Of a stretch of DNA of 64,000 nucleotides, positions 49,396-59,044 are shown piece after piece; the first letter of the stretch is position 1, and every line of letters begins with the position of its first letter. The position numbers and the translations under genes are program-made. Source of the DNA: Clostridiales bacterium (GTDB taxonomy: Bacteria > Bacillota > Clostridia > Saccharofermentanales > Saccharofermentanaceae); NCBI GenBank assembly GCA_017513085.1, contig JAFWDK010000019.1:224146-288145 (forward strand), read 5' to 3'. Under the pieces are notes generated by a model, which was not told the origin of the DNA, ran no database searches, and saw only the letters and a list, made by a program, of their open reading frames with translations.

Positions 49396-50469
49396 TCATT
49401 TCCCGTTTTCTTCCGTGCCGTCATCTGTCTTTTCGCCCTCACCGGCACTTTCGCTCTTCTCGTCTTCTCCTTTGAGGAACGAGCTGATCAGGGATGGGGC
49501 AACGGATCCGATAATGGAGATCATCGTAGAAATCTGTTTTGCTTTCACGATCGACAGTGTGTTCGTAATGACGGCGTTGCCGATTGCGGAAGTGTCGCGC
49601 CCGCATACACCAGCTACGACAATGGCGGCATACATCAGCCGCTGCGTCTTCTCCATAATCTTGTCGCCGAATCCGTTTTGCGTCTTGAGATAGGCCTCGG
49701 CTTCGATGATTTCGTCCACCAGCGAATCAGTGTCGAGATCCAGATCGATCAGCGCGCCAAGCGAAGATAACTCCTGTGCTTTTCCATATTCCGCTTTGCG
49801 TTTCTTGAAAGCGTTAAAGACGCGCATGACTTTGTCGCATTTTTCCGTCATGTCGCCATAGGAGATCGCAAGCACCTCGCACAATTCGTAGATCGCATTT
49901 CCTGTCGCGCTGAACTTGCAGGTGTCATTGAGATAGGAATACCCCTCCCGCAGGTCCTCCATGATCGCTTCCACAGTCTTATCCGTGAGCGCAAGGAACA
50001 TAACAAAAGACGTGTCCTCCGATGTCGTCAGTATAGGATGATCCTTATTCATCTTCTCAAAAAGCACTTTTGCCTTTTTTACGATCTCCGTGCTTTCTTC
50101 CTGGCGGTCGAGTTCCAAGATCAGAAGGGATGCGAGCACCATATAATCATTTTCCAGGAGCTTGCCTTTCCTGACTTTCTTATATACATCCATGAAGTCG
50201 GAAAAATATTGTGCCGGATCTTCCGCGAGCGCCATCTTACTTAGGAGCGCAAGTTCCACGACAGCGCGAAGATTCGATAGAAGACGTGTCCTTCGCTTCA
50301 GGATCTTTCTGCATTCTTTCATCTTAGCCGTATCCGCTTCCCTGCCGGCAGAAGTAAAGATCAGCCCGGAAACGATACCCATCAGGTCCTTCTCGAGAAA
50401 GAACTTCTTACGCACGGCTATACTATTTGCAGCCAAAAGTTCACATCTTGCTTTCACTTCATCGATCAT
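49396..50469 (-). CDS. DUF4003-like helical protein
   Basis: MNKDHPILTTSED, AYLKTQNGFG. Confidence 0.7.
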   Translation of the reverse strand: MIDEVKARCELLAANSIAVRKKFFLEKDLMGIVSGLIFTSAGREADTAKMKECRKILKRRTRLLSNLRAVVELALLSKMALAEDPAQYFSDFMDVYKKVRKGKLLENDYMVLASLLILELDRQEESTEIVKKAKVLFEKMNKDHPILTTSEDTSFVMFLALTDKTVEAIMEDLREGYSYLNDTCKFSATGNAIYELCEVLAISYGDMTEKCDKVMRVFNAFKKRKAEYGKAQELSSLGALIDLDLDTDSLVDEIIEAEAYLKTQNGFGDKIMEKTQRLMYAAIVVAGVCGRDTSAIGNAVITNTLSIVKAKQISTMISIIGSVAPSLISSFLKGEDEKSESAGEGEKTDDGTEENGK

Positions 50470-50483
50470 GGTTGTCTCCTTTT

Positions 50484-51080
50484 TCAGTCAGGCTGCTGTC
50501 CATCATGTTCTTCCCAAACACATTCTGTCATCTTTAGATCCGTAAAAACCGCTTTGAAACTGGATTCTTCAGGACTGCATGCATAGACACCGAACCGTAT
50601 CTTTCCCGCGCCTTCCCACATATGACAGAGCCTCATCTGGCAGAAGGTCTTTCCGTCATAGGAGCATTCAATACAGTAATCATCGTCTCTGCGGCTGAAC
50701 CGGTACCACATGGTTTTCACATCAGTGGGGATCTGTGTTGTGGCCCAATCGGAATACCCATGATTGGTCACTACGGATCCAAGGTGCTGGAAGGATTCAT
50801 TCTCATATTCGACAGAGGCCTTCAGCCAGTTATCACTATCCAGGTACATGACAAGTCCGCATTGATCAAAACGGTGATGACTTTCCGTAAAATCCGTTCT
50901 CACCACAAACGAAAAGCGCTTCTCCTCTGTTTCCATCTGAAGAACCGGAGCATTGTCATTCTGAAAATGATAGTATGTCCGCTGCCACAGATCAGTATGC
51001 GGCTCGGTCACGATCTCAATCCTGTCAGGCTCAATTTTGTAAGTCTTCGGTTCTCTTATCCAGCGAAAATCTTCGATCAT
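50484..51080 (-). CDS. DUF1349 (ConA-like) protein
   Basis: TDLWQRTYY, FDQCGL, WLKASVE, VVTNHGYSDW, GVYACSP. Confidence 0.85.
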   Translation of the reverse strand: MIEDFRWIREPKTYKIEPDRIEIVTEPHTDLWQRTYYHFQNDNAPVLQMETEEKRFSFVVRTDFTESHHRFDQCGLVMYLDSDNWLKASVEYENESFQHLGSVVTNHGYSDWATTQIPTDVKTMWYRFSRRDDDYCIECSYDGKTFCQMRLCHMWEGAGKIRFGVYACSPEESSFKAVFTDLKMTECVWEEHDGQQPD

Positions 51081-51151
51081 AAACTTTGTTCCTCCACGCT
51101 TATCTTGTGTGTTATTCTTGGTTGCTTTCCTCTATCTTTTTGGCTATCGCC

Positions 51152-51589
51152 TTAGCATTGTCCTTCGTGCAGAAGCCGGATCACCGGTTCGATCATCGGG
51201 ACGTCCAGTGTCACCTTATATTTCATAGGATCGATCATCAATCCGAGTTTTACGGTAGCATTGCCGCTGTTGGCCTGCGCTGCAGTCTCGATAATAGGAA
51301 GAAACGAAGCTTTCATGATCAGATAGTTTTCTCTTCCCGCCTGATCGTAGTATTTCCGCATGTCGTCCTCCGAGAGGAACAAAGGCATATACCCGGTCTT
51401 GTCCGGTCCAGGGATCGCGAAAAGCCTCATGCCGCCGTCCTTATGGTCGCCGACCGGAGTCGTGTAATACAGCACCACTCCTCGGAAAGCTTTTAAGAAA
51501 TCTGTATCGCCCAGTTCTTTTCTCTCATGCCTTTCCAGGAGCACCTGCGCATCGTTGTTTTCCTTCTTGGCTCTATCAAATAATCCCAT
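51152..51589 (-). CDS. SseB-like protein
   Basis: YMPLFLSEDDM, GLMIDP. Confidence 0.5.
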   Translation of the reverse strand: MGLFDRAKKENNDAQVLLERHERKELGDTDFLKAFRGVVLYYTTPVGDHKDGGMRLFAIPGPDKTGYMPLFLSEDDMRKYYDQAGRENYLIMKASFLPIIETAAQANSGNATVKLGLMIDPMKYKVTLDVPMIEPVIRLLHEGQC

Positions 51590-52175
51590 AAGATTCTTCC
51601 CTTCACCAAAAGTATCCTCTTCATGAATCATTGTGTGAGATATATCACGACCTGTCAATAGATCATATGCGATCGCAACATGGAGGGGGGAGAAAGCCTG
51701 GCCGGATTTCTGCGATTTCATACCAATCCACAAAAAAATTGGGAAAAGTATGTTTTTTCCCTATACCCCTCTCCCTATAAATCGAGAAAACCATAAGATA
51801 TCTGCCTCAAGCGTCCTCAAAACGAAAGAAAACTCCATTATTTCCTGTGGTTGAAGTCCTTTGAGACAATCTTCAACGGCAAAAATACATACTTTTTGCC
51901 AGAAAAAATCCAATTGGTATTAAAATGCCTCGTCAAAAGCGCCCGTATACCCCCAGGGGGGTATACAAAATCTCTCCCCTCGTGGGGATGTAAAAGAAAG
52001 ACATGGACTCCTTCATAGCATCTCTGAAAGTCGATGGAATACAAGTGATGAAACGCATTGACGATATCGTCCTGCAGACTTTTCAGATATTCGTCTCTAT
52101 AGACAGCATTTTCAATTCTTCTTTATTGGATATTGATATTCTCATATGCTTTGGTCACCCTTAAACAAATAGTTT

Positions 52176-52212
52176 ATGCCCAAGATCCTTTCAGAGGACC
52201 TTGGGCATTTTT
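52176..52212. terminator. Hairpin terminator downstream of the surface-protein gene
   Basis: ATGCCCAAG-atcct...ggac-CTTGGGCAT with flanking T-runs. Confidence 0.6.
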
Positions 52213-52238
52213 ATCTGCTCTCAACTTTGATCAAACGA

Positions 52239-54155
52239 TCAAATCTCACCACGTTCGATGCCATACTTATTACAGATCGTCGTAAACTCTTCGCTCTGTC
52301 CGAAGAACGCCATAACGCTGTCCTTCGTCTGGCGGCCTGCATTGATCTCGCCAACCCAGTAAGCAACTTCACTTGCTTCCGGATCACGACCCATAAACGT
52401 CGTGTAGAGTCTTGTTACATACTCGTCGTCCTTCAGCTTGAAGCCGACAAACTCGGCACTCGTGAAGAAGTTCTTCGCAGCGGAGCAGCCTGTCTGTTCA
52501 AGGTTAGTCAGAGCTAATGACCAGTACTTCAGACCTCCATCCTCAGGCTCTCTTCTGAGGCACTCGGTATAAAGACGTGTTGCGAACTTGATCGCATTCT
52601 TAGAAGCGAACTCCGCTTTCGCATTCGGCGCGCCGGACTTAACTCCGTAAGTTGCGCAGACATTGCACCACTCGGTCGAGTCAATGAAGCCCATGATGAC
52701 GGTTTCTTTCGTCAGTTTTCCGCTCTTAAGTCCATCGACCCAGAACTTCTTTCCGGCTGCTTCAGACTCACGATCAAAGAATGTAAGATACAGTGTCTCC
52801 ACGAAGTCATCTTCATTTAATCCGCGGTTCAGGAATTCCGGTGCTTCGATCAGGAAGAAGTGAGCGCAGTCACCACCTGTACGATTACCACTTTCGATCT
52901 CTTTGACCCAGAAGGCTTTTCCTTCCGGTTCGGATTCACGATCCAACGCAACAGTATAAAGGCGCTCAACGAAATCCTCAAAAGAAGGCTCTTCCGGCTC
53001 CGGCTCTGGTTCCGGCTCTGGTTCTGGTTCCGGTTCTGGTTCCGGTTCTGGCTCTGGTTCCGGTTCTGGCTCTGGTTCCGGTTTCTGGGACTCATCATAG
53101 AGGATATTGACTACTCGATCGGCTCGTAAAAAAAGCTGATGTTCGCCTTCACAGGAAACATATTCTCCCTCGTAATTCAATCCGTACTTATTTATCATCT
53201 GGGAGAGAAATTTGCACGAAGTAAGATCCAGTTCTGAAAGATCATTATCACTGCAATTCAGATGTTCCAAGATATCACTGTTACTCACATTCAGCTTGCT
53301 TATTTTGTTATGCTCACAAGAAACAAGCTCAATTGCAGGATTCTTACTCAGATCCAACTCTGACAATCCACAATGCGCTACATAAAGTTGACCAAGTTCT
53401 GAATTCTTACTCACGTCTAAAGAAGAGAGTTCGCAACCTTCCACTTTCAGATTATACAGATCAAGATTTTTACTGGTATCCAGTGAAGAAATATTCGAAT
53501 ATTTGCAGTTGAAATACTTCAGTTTCGGTAGCAAAGAAAGATCAACATTCTCAAAAGCTGTACTGGAGATATCGAGGGATTGTAAAGACGGAAGAGACTT
53601 CAGATCTAGTTCTTTTAAATCCGAATTATTCGAACAGTTAAGCATCGTCAGTTTCGAATCCGAAGCAAACTTGATACTTGTCAGCTTACAAGAAGTGCAT
53701 TCGAGATAATCTAATTCAGGCAAATAACTTACATCCAAAGCCTCTAGTAGATTGCCGGAACATACTATTTGAGTCAATTTCGAATTCTTTTGAAGATCAA
53801 GATTCTTAAGCGCGTTTCCAAAACACCAAAGTGTATTCAGATTGGTAAAATACTCAATTCCCGTAATGTCATGTATGTTATAATTACTGCAATCCATCTT
53901 TACGACAGAATCGATTTCGGCCTCACTAAAGCGGCCATCATGATTCGTGTCTATAGTATCGAGGTAATATTGGAACGCCGGATCCGGAAAGTGTTCGTCA
54001 TCAATAGGGATGTAGACTTTCTTCAACGGCACGGTCTCACCAGCTTTATCTGAAGATCCGCTAAAATCCGAAACTGCGCTCACTCCGCCGATCGGAGTGG
54101 ATACAATAATTATGGATAGCAACAAAGATAGATTCTTCTTCAATTTTATATTCAT
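52239..54155 (-). CDS. Secreted/surface LRR protein with (PE)15 linker and C-terminal DUF4214-type repeats
   Basis: Signal peptide; FPDPAF, LRRs L.C..N.L..LD; FVERLY..ALDRESEPEG..FW repeats. Confidence 0.85.
   Translation of the reverse strand: MNIKLKKNLSLLLSIIIVSTPIGGVSAVSDFSGSSDKAGETVPLKKVYIPIDDEHFPDPAFQYYLDTIDTNHDGRFSEAEIDSVVKMDCSNYNIHDITGIEYFTNLNTLWCFGNALKNLDLQKNSKLTQIVCSGNLLEALDVSYLPELDYLECTSCKLTSIKFASDSKLTMLNCSNNSDLKELDLKSLPSLQSLDISSTAFENVDLSLLPKLKYFNCKYSNISSLDTSKNLDLYNLKVEGCELSSLDVSKNSELGQLYVAHCGLSELDLSKNPAIELVSCEHNKISKLNVSNSDILEHLNCSDNDLSELDLTSCKFLSQMINKYGLNYEGEYVSCEGEHQLFLRADRVVNILYDESQKPEPEPEPEPEPEPEPEPEPEPEPEPEPEPEEPSFEDFVERLYTVALDRESEPEGKAFWVKEIESGNRTGGDCAHFFLIEAPEFLNRGLNEDDFVETLYLTFFDRESEAAGKKFWVDGLKSGKLTKETVIMGFIDSTEWCNVCATYGVKSGAPNAKAEFASKNAIKFATRLYTECLRREPEDGGLKYWSLALTNLEQTGCSAAKNFFTSAEFVGFKLKDDEYVTRLYTTFMGRDPEASEVAYWVGEINAGRQTKDSVMAFFGQSEEFTTICNKYGIERGEI
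52992..53081 (-). repeat. Hexamer repeat encoding (Pro-Glu)15
   Basis: CCRGAR repeated 15 times. Confidence 0.9.
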
Positions 54156-54303
54156 TCATTTCTCCTTTCAATCGATGCTCCTGTTGAATCAATCAACTAA
54201 ATACAGTTGTATTATAGCAGAGTCGTAAGATTTATCCAGGACACCATGGTATCGAGGATCAGTTTCATATTGCCTATAATAGATTTATTCATTGAGAGTC
54301 TGT

Positions 54304-55146
54304 TCATTCAACCTCGAAAGATGGCTTCCAAGCCGCAAAATGTACGAGCTGTTCTTCTGTTCGGTGATAGTATCTCTGATCTTTATCGAGCTTTGCGATC
54401 TTCGTCATCTCTTCATCTGTAAGCGTAAAGTCTAAGATATTTAGATTCTCCTTTATGTGATCGACATTCTTGCTTCCCGGAATAACAACAAAGCCCATCT
54501 GGGTATGCCAGCGAAGGATTATCTGAGCGGGGCTCTTGTCGTATTTCTTTCCAAGCTCGGCGAAAACCGGTTCATTGATAAGCGACTTGTCTCCGTGACC
54601 CAACGGATACCAGCTCATGAACTTGATATCGTACTTATCGAGTGTTTTTCGGAGCTCTTTTTGTGTGAAGTAGGGATGTGCTTCTACCTGGATAAACTGA
54701 GGTACTATCTCCCACTTTGTCTGAAGTTCATCAATGTATTTACCTTCGAAGTTCGAGATTCCGATGCTCTTTGCTTTGCCTTCTTTATATGCCTTTTCGA
54801 GCTGACGGTAACCTGCAAGCCAGTTACCTGCGGGCTGATGGATATAGAGTAGATCGACATAGTCTACGCCAAGTCTTTCGAGTGTCTCATCGACCGCATT
54901 GGGATTCTCGTATTCACTCGGCCAGAGTTTGGTGGAGAGAAAGACATCTTCGCGGTTGAGGCCGCTTGCCTTGATACCTCTTCCACAGGCTCTCTCGTTG
55001 ACATAAGCGTTAGCAGTATCCACAAGTGAGTATCCCATCTTAAGAGCTTCCCTGACGCTCTTCTCAGCGTCAGAAGGCGCCAGCATAAAAGTTCCGATTC
55101 CTACTGAAGGGCATTTGATCCCGTTGTTAAGTGTTACATATTCCAT
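54304..55146 (-). CDS. Aldo/keto reductase (2,5-DKG reductase-like)
   Basis: LNNG, DTANAY, STKLW, DLLYIH, IGISNF, AQIILRW, IPGS. Confidence 0.92.
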   Translation of the reverse strand: MEYVTLNNGIKCPSVGIGTFMLAPSDAEKSVREALKMGYSLVDTANAYVNERACGRGIKASGLNREDVFLSTKLWPSEYENPNAVDETLERLGVDYVDLLYIHQPAGNWLAGYRQLEKAYKEGKAKSIGISNFEGKYIDELQTKWEIVPQFIQVEAHPYFTQKELRKTLDKYDIKFMSWYPLGHGDKSLINEPVFAELGKKYDKSPAQIILRWHTQMGFVVIPGSKNVDHIKENLNILDFTLTDEEMTKIAKLDKDQRYYHRTEEQLVHFAAWKPSFEVE

Positions 55147-55158
55147 TTTGATTCCTCC

Positions 55159-55680
55159 TTAGATCAGTCCATTCGCTGCAAGCCACTTCTTAACAGCATC
55201 TTTTGATTCAGCTGCTCTGCTTCCGGTGATCGAAAGGCCCTTTTTAACATCAGCGCCTTTTGCGTACTTCTTAACATCGCGTTCGGAAGATCCCATTCCA
55301 CTGCCTTCGTTGGTGCAGAACGGAAGGATCGTCTTACCGGTGAAATCGTATCTCTCGAGGAAGGTTGCAACAGCCATGGGAATCGTTCCCCAGTAATTGG
55401 GATAACCAAGAACAACCATGTCGTATCCGTCGATGCTGTCGATGTAGGATGTGAGCTCAGGGCGGGCATTTTCCTTAAGGTCTTTTTTCGCTTCGTCGAT
55501 GCAGGTCATATAGACAGGTGAATATGGATCTTTCATCTCGATCTTGAAAGTATCCGCACCGGTCAGTTCCTTCATAATATCTGCAACGATCTCGGTGTTT
55601 CCGACCTTCACGTATCTCATCGCTCCGCCGAAGTAGTTCTCATCCGCTCTCGAAAAGAATGCTATCAATGTCTTTGCCAT
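55159..55680 (-). CDS. Flavodoxin
   Basis: AFFSRADENY, GNT, GYPNYWGT, PFCTNEGSG. Confidence 0.9.
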   Translation of the reverse strand: MAKTLIAFFSRADENYFGGAMRYVKVGNTEIVADIMKELTGADTFKIEMKDPYSPVYMTCIDEAKKDLKENARPELTSYIDSIDGYDMVVLGYPNYWGTIPMAVATFLERYDFTGKTILPFCTNEGSGMGSSERDVKKYAKGADVKKGLSITGSRAAESKDAVKKWLAANGLI

Positions 55681-55794
55681 ATATTCTGCCTCCGTTATTG
55701 TTTTTCTATGTTTACATTCTCGCACCAAACCGATAAAATATCCAATAGAAAGACTAGATATCCGATTTAAAAATTAAATAGCGCAGGAGCCGTC

Positions 55795-56682
55795 ATGAAC
55801 ACAAAACAGATAGATTACTGCATAGAACTTGCCAGGACACAGAACTTCAGCAGAGGCGCTGAAAATATGTTTGTAAGCCAGCCCACTTTCTCATACCAGA
55901 TCAGGCTATTGGAAGAAGAGGTTGGATTTTCGATCTTCGAGAGGAACGGAAAAGGTGCATCGCTTACGCCTGCCGGACAGCAGTTCGTTTCCTTTCTGAC
56001 CGGTATGCGCGAAGAGATGAAGCGTGCAATCGAACAGGGGCAGAACTTCAGTGCCAAATATGCTGACAACATTTCCATCGTAATGTCTGTCCGCCAAGCT
56101 TTGTATTTTCTTCCTGAAGCAATACGCATATTCGAAAAGGAGCAGCCAGGTGTGCAGATTACACCTATGTTCAATTACGGTCATGGTCTAGAGTTCTTCC
56201 TGAAAAACGAAGCGGACATCCTCTTCGCGCTCACAGAGCAGACAAAGCATATTCCGGGAATAAACGTACACAAGTTGTTTGATTCGCGTATCTATTTGAT
56301 AGCAGACAAAAACGATCCGCTTGCGGCTAAGAATACGATTTCGGAAGAAGATATCTACGGCAGGACACTTATGGTCGGAGGAGGTTCCCCGGAAGCATTA
56401 AGATCTGTCCAGCAACGTCTTATTTCTTCAGGTAAGATTAAATATTTTAACAGTCCGGATCACGACAGCACTCTCACGAATGTGGCTGCGAGGAAAGGAA
56501 TATGCCTCGCGCCCGGATTTCTTAACGATCACAGTGGGCAGTTTGCGTGGATACCGTTTGATTGTGAGGAATGTTTTCACCTCGTTCTTTGCACGCACAA
56601 AACAGATAACAGAAAGAGCTTGAATATCTTCATAAAGACTCTTCAAAAGCTTTACACCGATGCAGTGGCATTCCCACTTTAG
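55795..56682 (+). CDS. LysR family regulator, divergent from flavodoxin-AKR
   Basis: NFSRGAENMFVSQPTFSYQIRLLEEEVG, LTPAG. Confidence 0.93.
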   Translation: MNTKQIDYCIELARTQNFSRGAENMFVSQPTFSYQIRLLEEEVGFSIFERNGKGASLTPAGQQFVSFLTGMREEMKRAIEQGQNFSAKYADNISIVMSVRQALYFLPEAIRIFEKEQPGVQITPMFNYGHGLEFFLKNEADILFALTEQTKHIPGINVHKLFDSRIYLIADKNDPLAAKNTISEEDIYGRTLMVGGGSPEALRSVQQRLISSGKIKYFNSPDHDSTLTNVAARKGICLAPGFLNDHSGQFAWIPFDCEECFHLVLCTHKTDNRKSLNIFIKTLQKLYTDAVAFPL

Positions 56683-56698
56683 TGTCTGTACGTCTCCT

Positions 56699-56968
56699 TC
56701 ACATGTTATGAATGTTCATGTTTATGACCGTCATATCGTCGTTCTCTTTCTGTATCTTCTCTTGTTCCTCTTTAGTTAGTTCTTTCTTTGAATCTTTTGT
56801 TCCACGAAGAATAGTCCACAAGATCACCTGCAGAAGAGCATTGCTTCCAAGAGCAATGTGCATGAGCCTAGTATTATCTATGATTATCGAGACGATAAGT
56901 GCCGCAAGTGCAGCCACCGCTATAAGCAGTCCGATTAAATACAGTGTTTTCCTAGTTGAGGCTTTCAT
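56699..56968 (-). CDS. Small two-TM membrane protein (89 aa)
   Basis: Start MKASTRK after GGAG; two hydrophobic helices. Confidence 0.6.
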   Translation of the reverse strand: MKASTRKTLYLIGLLIAVAALAALIVSIIIDNTRLMHIALGSNALLQVILWTILRGTKDSKKELTKEEQEKIQKENDDMTVINMNIHNM

Positions 56969-56984
56969 AGTGTTTGTTCTCCAC

Positions 56985-57149
56985 TCAATGTGTAAGAATA
57001 TAAGTGAATGCGCCGAATCTCTCACCAAGACCAAAGCTTGCATAGGCGGTCGCCATAAAGAGAAGTGCATAAGCTGCATATCTTACTTTTCTATTGTTTC
57101 TGATCAGGTCTTCTGTTCTTTTCATCGTTTTTCTAAGCTGCATTGTCAT
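56985..57149 (-). CDS. Unannotated 54-aa basic/hydrophobic small protein
   Basis: MTMQLRKTMKRTEDLIRNNRKVRYAAYALLFMATAYASFGLGERFGAFTYILTH; RBS AGGAAAGAGGT; frame conserved in a paralogous fragment at 62085-62179. Confidence 0.7.
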   Translation of the reverse strand: MTMQLRKTMKRTEDLIRNNRKVRYAAYALLFMATAYASFGLGERFGAFTYILTH

Positions 57150-57299
57150 TGTGTAATACCTCTTTCCTGATGCATTTTCTCTGCTTTATGACTCTATTTT
57201 GCCGATGAAAACTAAAGACATCGTCAAACGGAGGTAAAGAATTGATAAAGAAAACCCGGACATATTGAAGTTTTGGTTAGGGAGATTAACATCTGATTT

Positions 57300-58085
57300 T
57301 TATACTGCATCCGTCCATTTCTGATAGGCTTCATCAATATGCACCTTGAATGCATCATAATCTTCCCAACGGAACGGAAAACCATACAGCTCAGAATTTA
57401 GTTTTTCCTTCGCAAACTTTCCAACCTCGTTCTCGTAGGAATCCTTATAGTATGCGATGACAAAAGCACGGACCTTCTTTTTGACCGAATCCTCCATAAA
57501 GTATCCTTCATACGCTTCCAGATATGCGGTCGGAAATTCTTCTCTTCGCTTGATTTTAGAGACCAGATCTTTGGCTTCAAGCGCATCGTCTTCATCAAAA
57601 TCTTTCGTCGGCTGAAAATAATTATTCTCTATGATCCACATAAGCAGATACGCAAAATCAGCATACGAATACTGCCATATGACAGACTCATCTTCCTTCG
57701 AAAGATCTTCCGCCCTCTTGCCTGTCTGCTTACAATACAACTCGCGTGCAATATCGTAAGTGTAGCCTTTGTTTTTGTATAAAGAAACAGCGAACATGGG
57801 TGAAAATACCGGGCGCGTTCTCTCTATTTCGAGACGTTTTTTGACGCCCTTGTTCTCTCTGATAAGACTGAATGCAATTCCTTCAAGAATTAAAGCAAAA
57901 AACAAAATGCCGAAAAACACGCCTATCCCGCCCTTGATCAGTCCGTACACAGCTCCTGCCACGATTCCAATCACAAAGAACTGGATAATGACTACAGCGA
58001 CATGATTTCTCTTAATCTGCGATTCAAGCCTACGGATCTCAGCGGAAACCGGCTTCTCTTCATTAGTTGTTTGCTTCTTTTTCAT
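57300..58085 (-). CDS. Hypothetical protein with two N-terminal TM helices
   Basis: 261-aa ORF overlapping the upstream gene. Confidence 0.65.
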   Translation of the reverse strand: MKKKQTTNEEKPVSAEIRRLESQIKRNHVAVVIIQFFVIGIVAGAVYGLIKGGIGVFFGILFFALILEGIAFSLIRENKGVKKRLEIERTRPVFSPMFAVSLYKNKGYTYDIARELYCKQTGKRAEDLSKEDESVIWQYSYADFAYLLMWIIENNYFQPTKDFDEDDALEAKDLVSKIKRREEFPTAYLEAYEGYFMEDSVKKKVRAFVIAYYKDSYENEVGKFAKEKLNSELYGFPFRWEDYDAFKVHIDEAYQKWTDAV

Positions 58086-58815
58086 ATAAATCAGATGACA
58101 AATCGAAGATCATTTCTGCTAAATGCATTCCGTCAACACCACCGGTCTTAAGACCTTCAAGGCAATAATGACAATAGCAGACAACTGAATATGTCTTATA
58201 GTTCCTGCAGTATTCTTTCATGATCGCTTCCTGTTCTTCAGCACTATGCGGAATAAACAGCCCCTCTGCATCCTCCACATAATGTTTCGGAGCCAGTTTG
58301 GGGTTGCGGGGCGGCTGCGGACGATAAAGAGATACACCGCAGAAATCAGTATCCTGATGATTCTTACCTGCTTCAACATATGAAATATTCATTTTTGCCA
58401 GCAGGCTTCTCACGGCTTTCTGTTCGCTGCTCCGGTCGCGGGAACGCCAGCAGTCCTGAACCGTTACTGTCAATCCCTCATGATCGGGCAGCTGTAAGCC
58501 GGCATCAGAATCAAGAAGCTCCCATAACGACTGAACTTTTACTCCGGGGTGCATCTCTTCAATGATATTGTTACAGTTATGACAGAGAGAATAGATTTCA
58601 TCTCCGGGCTTAAAATCAGCCGAATCCGGCAGTGAAGCCCATCTTTCCCTGAAACTACCCTCCGGCATTCTTTCCTCAAAATCTTTGATCTTATATTTGG
58701 GCACGCAGCAACGCACAACTCTAAGATCGTAATGCTCTTGAACAATGTCACAGATCCTGAAGCTCAGTTCCGAAAACTGTGAAGTAAATACGCAGCTGGC
58801 AATGTAATATCTCAT
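58063..58815 (-). CDS. Cysteine-rich (CCG-like) putative Fe-S protein
   Basis: ASC, RCC, CHNC, QDCWR, FCG, YCHYC. Confidence 0.6.
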   Translation of the reverse strand: MRYYIASCVFTSQFSELSFRICDIVQEHYDLRVVRCCVPKYKIKDFEERMPEGSFRERWASLPDSADFKPGDEIYSLCHNCNNIIEEMHPGVKVQSLWELLDSDAGLQLPDHEGLTVTVQDCWRSRDRSSEQKAVRSLLAKMNISYVEAGKNHQDTDFCGVSLYRPQPPRNPKLAPKHYVEDAEGLFIPHSAEEQEAIMKEYCRNYKTYSVVCYCHYCLEGLKTGGVDGMHLAEMIFDLSSDLYEKEANN

Positions 58816-59044
58816 AGCTTTGTCCCTTCAACGATCTTTATGATGTTCTACTAAAGTGGGCAAACGCGGATTGATTCCGGCATCTCGCTGCTTCCGCTTC
58901 TCAACATGGGCATTCTTATTGAATTCACTGATGTTGATTTCTTTTCGTACTTTTCGCATCCCATCGAAAACAACATGTTCCACTTTCTTCTTAGCCATTT
59001 TGATCCTCCACCACTAACAAAAACGATGATGAAACATACAAATC

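Noticed and set aside
51838-52150. Short ORFs or pseudogene in the gap
   Set aside because: No RBS, no recognisable motifs and frequent stops.
56969-57079. N-terminal extension of the 126-aa ORF in the track
   Set aside because: The region is better explained by the 54-aa gene in another frame; the RBS supports a start at 56968.
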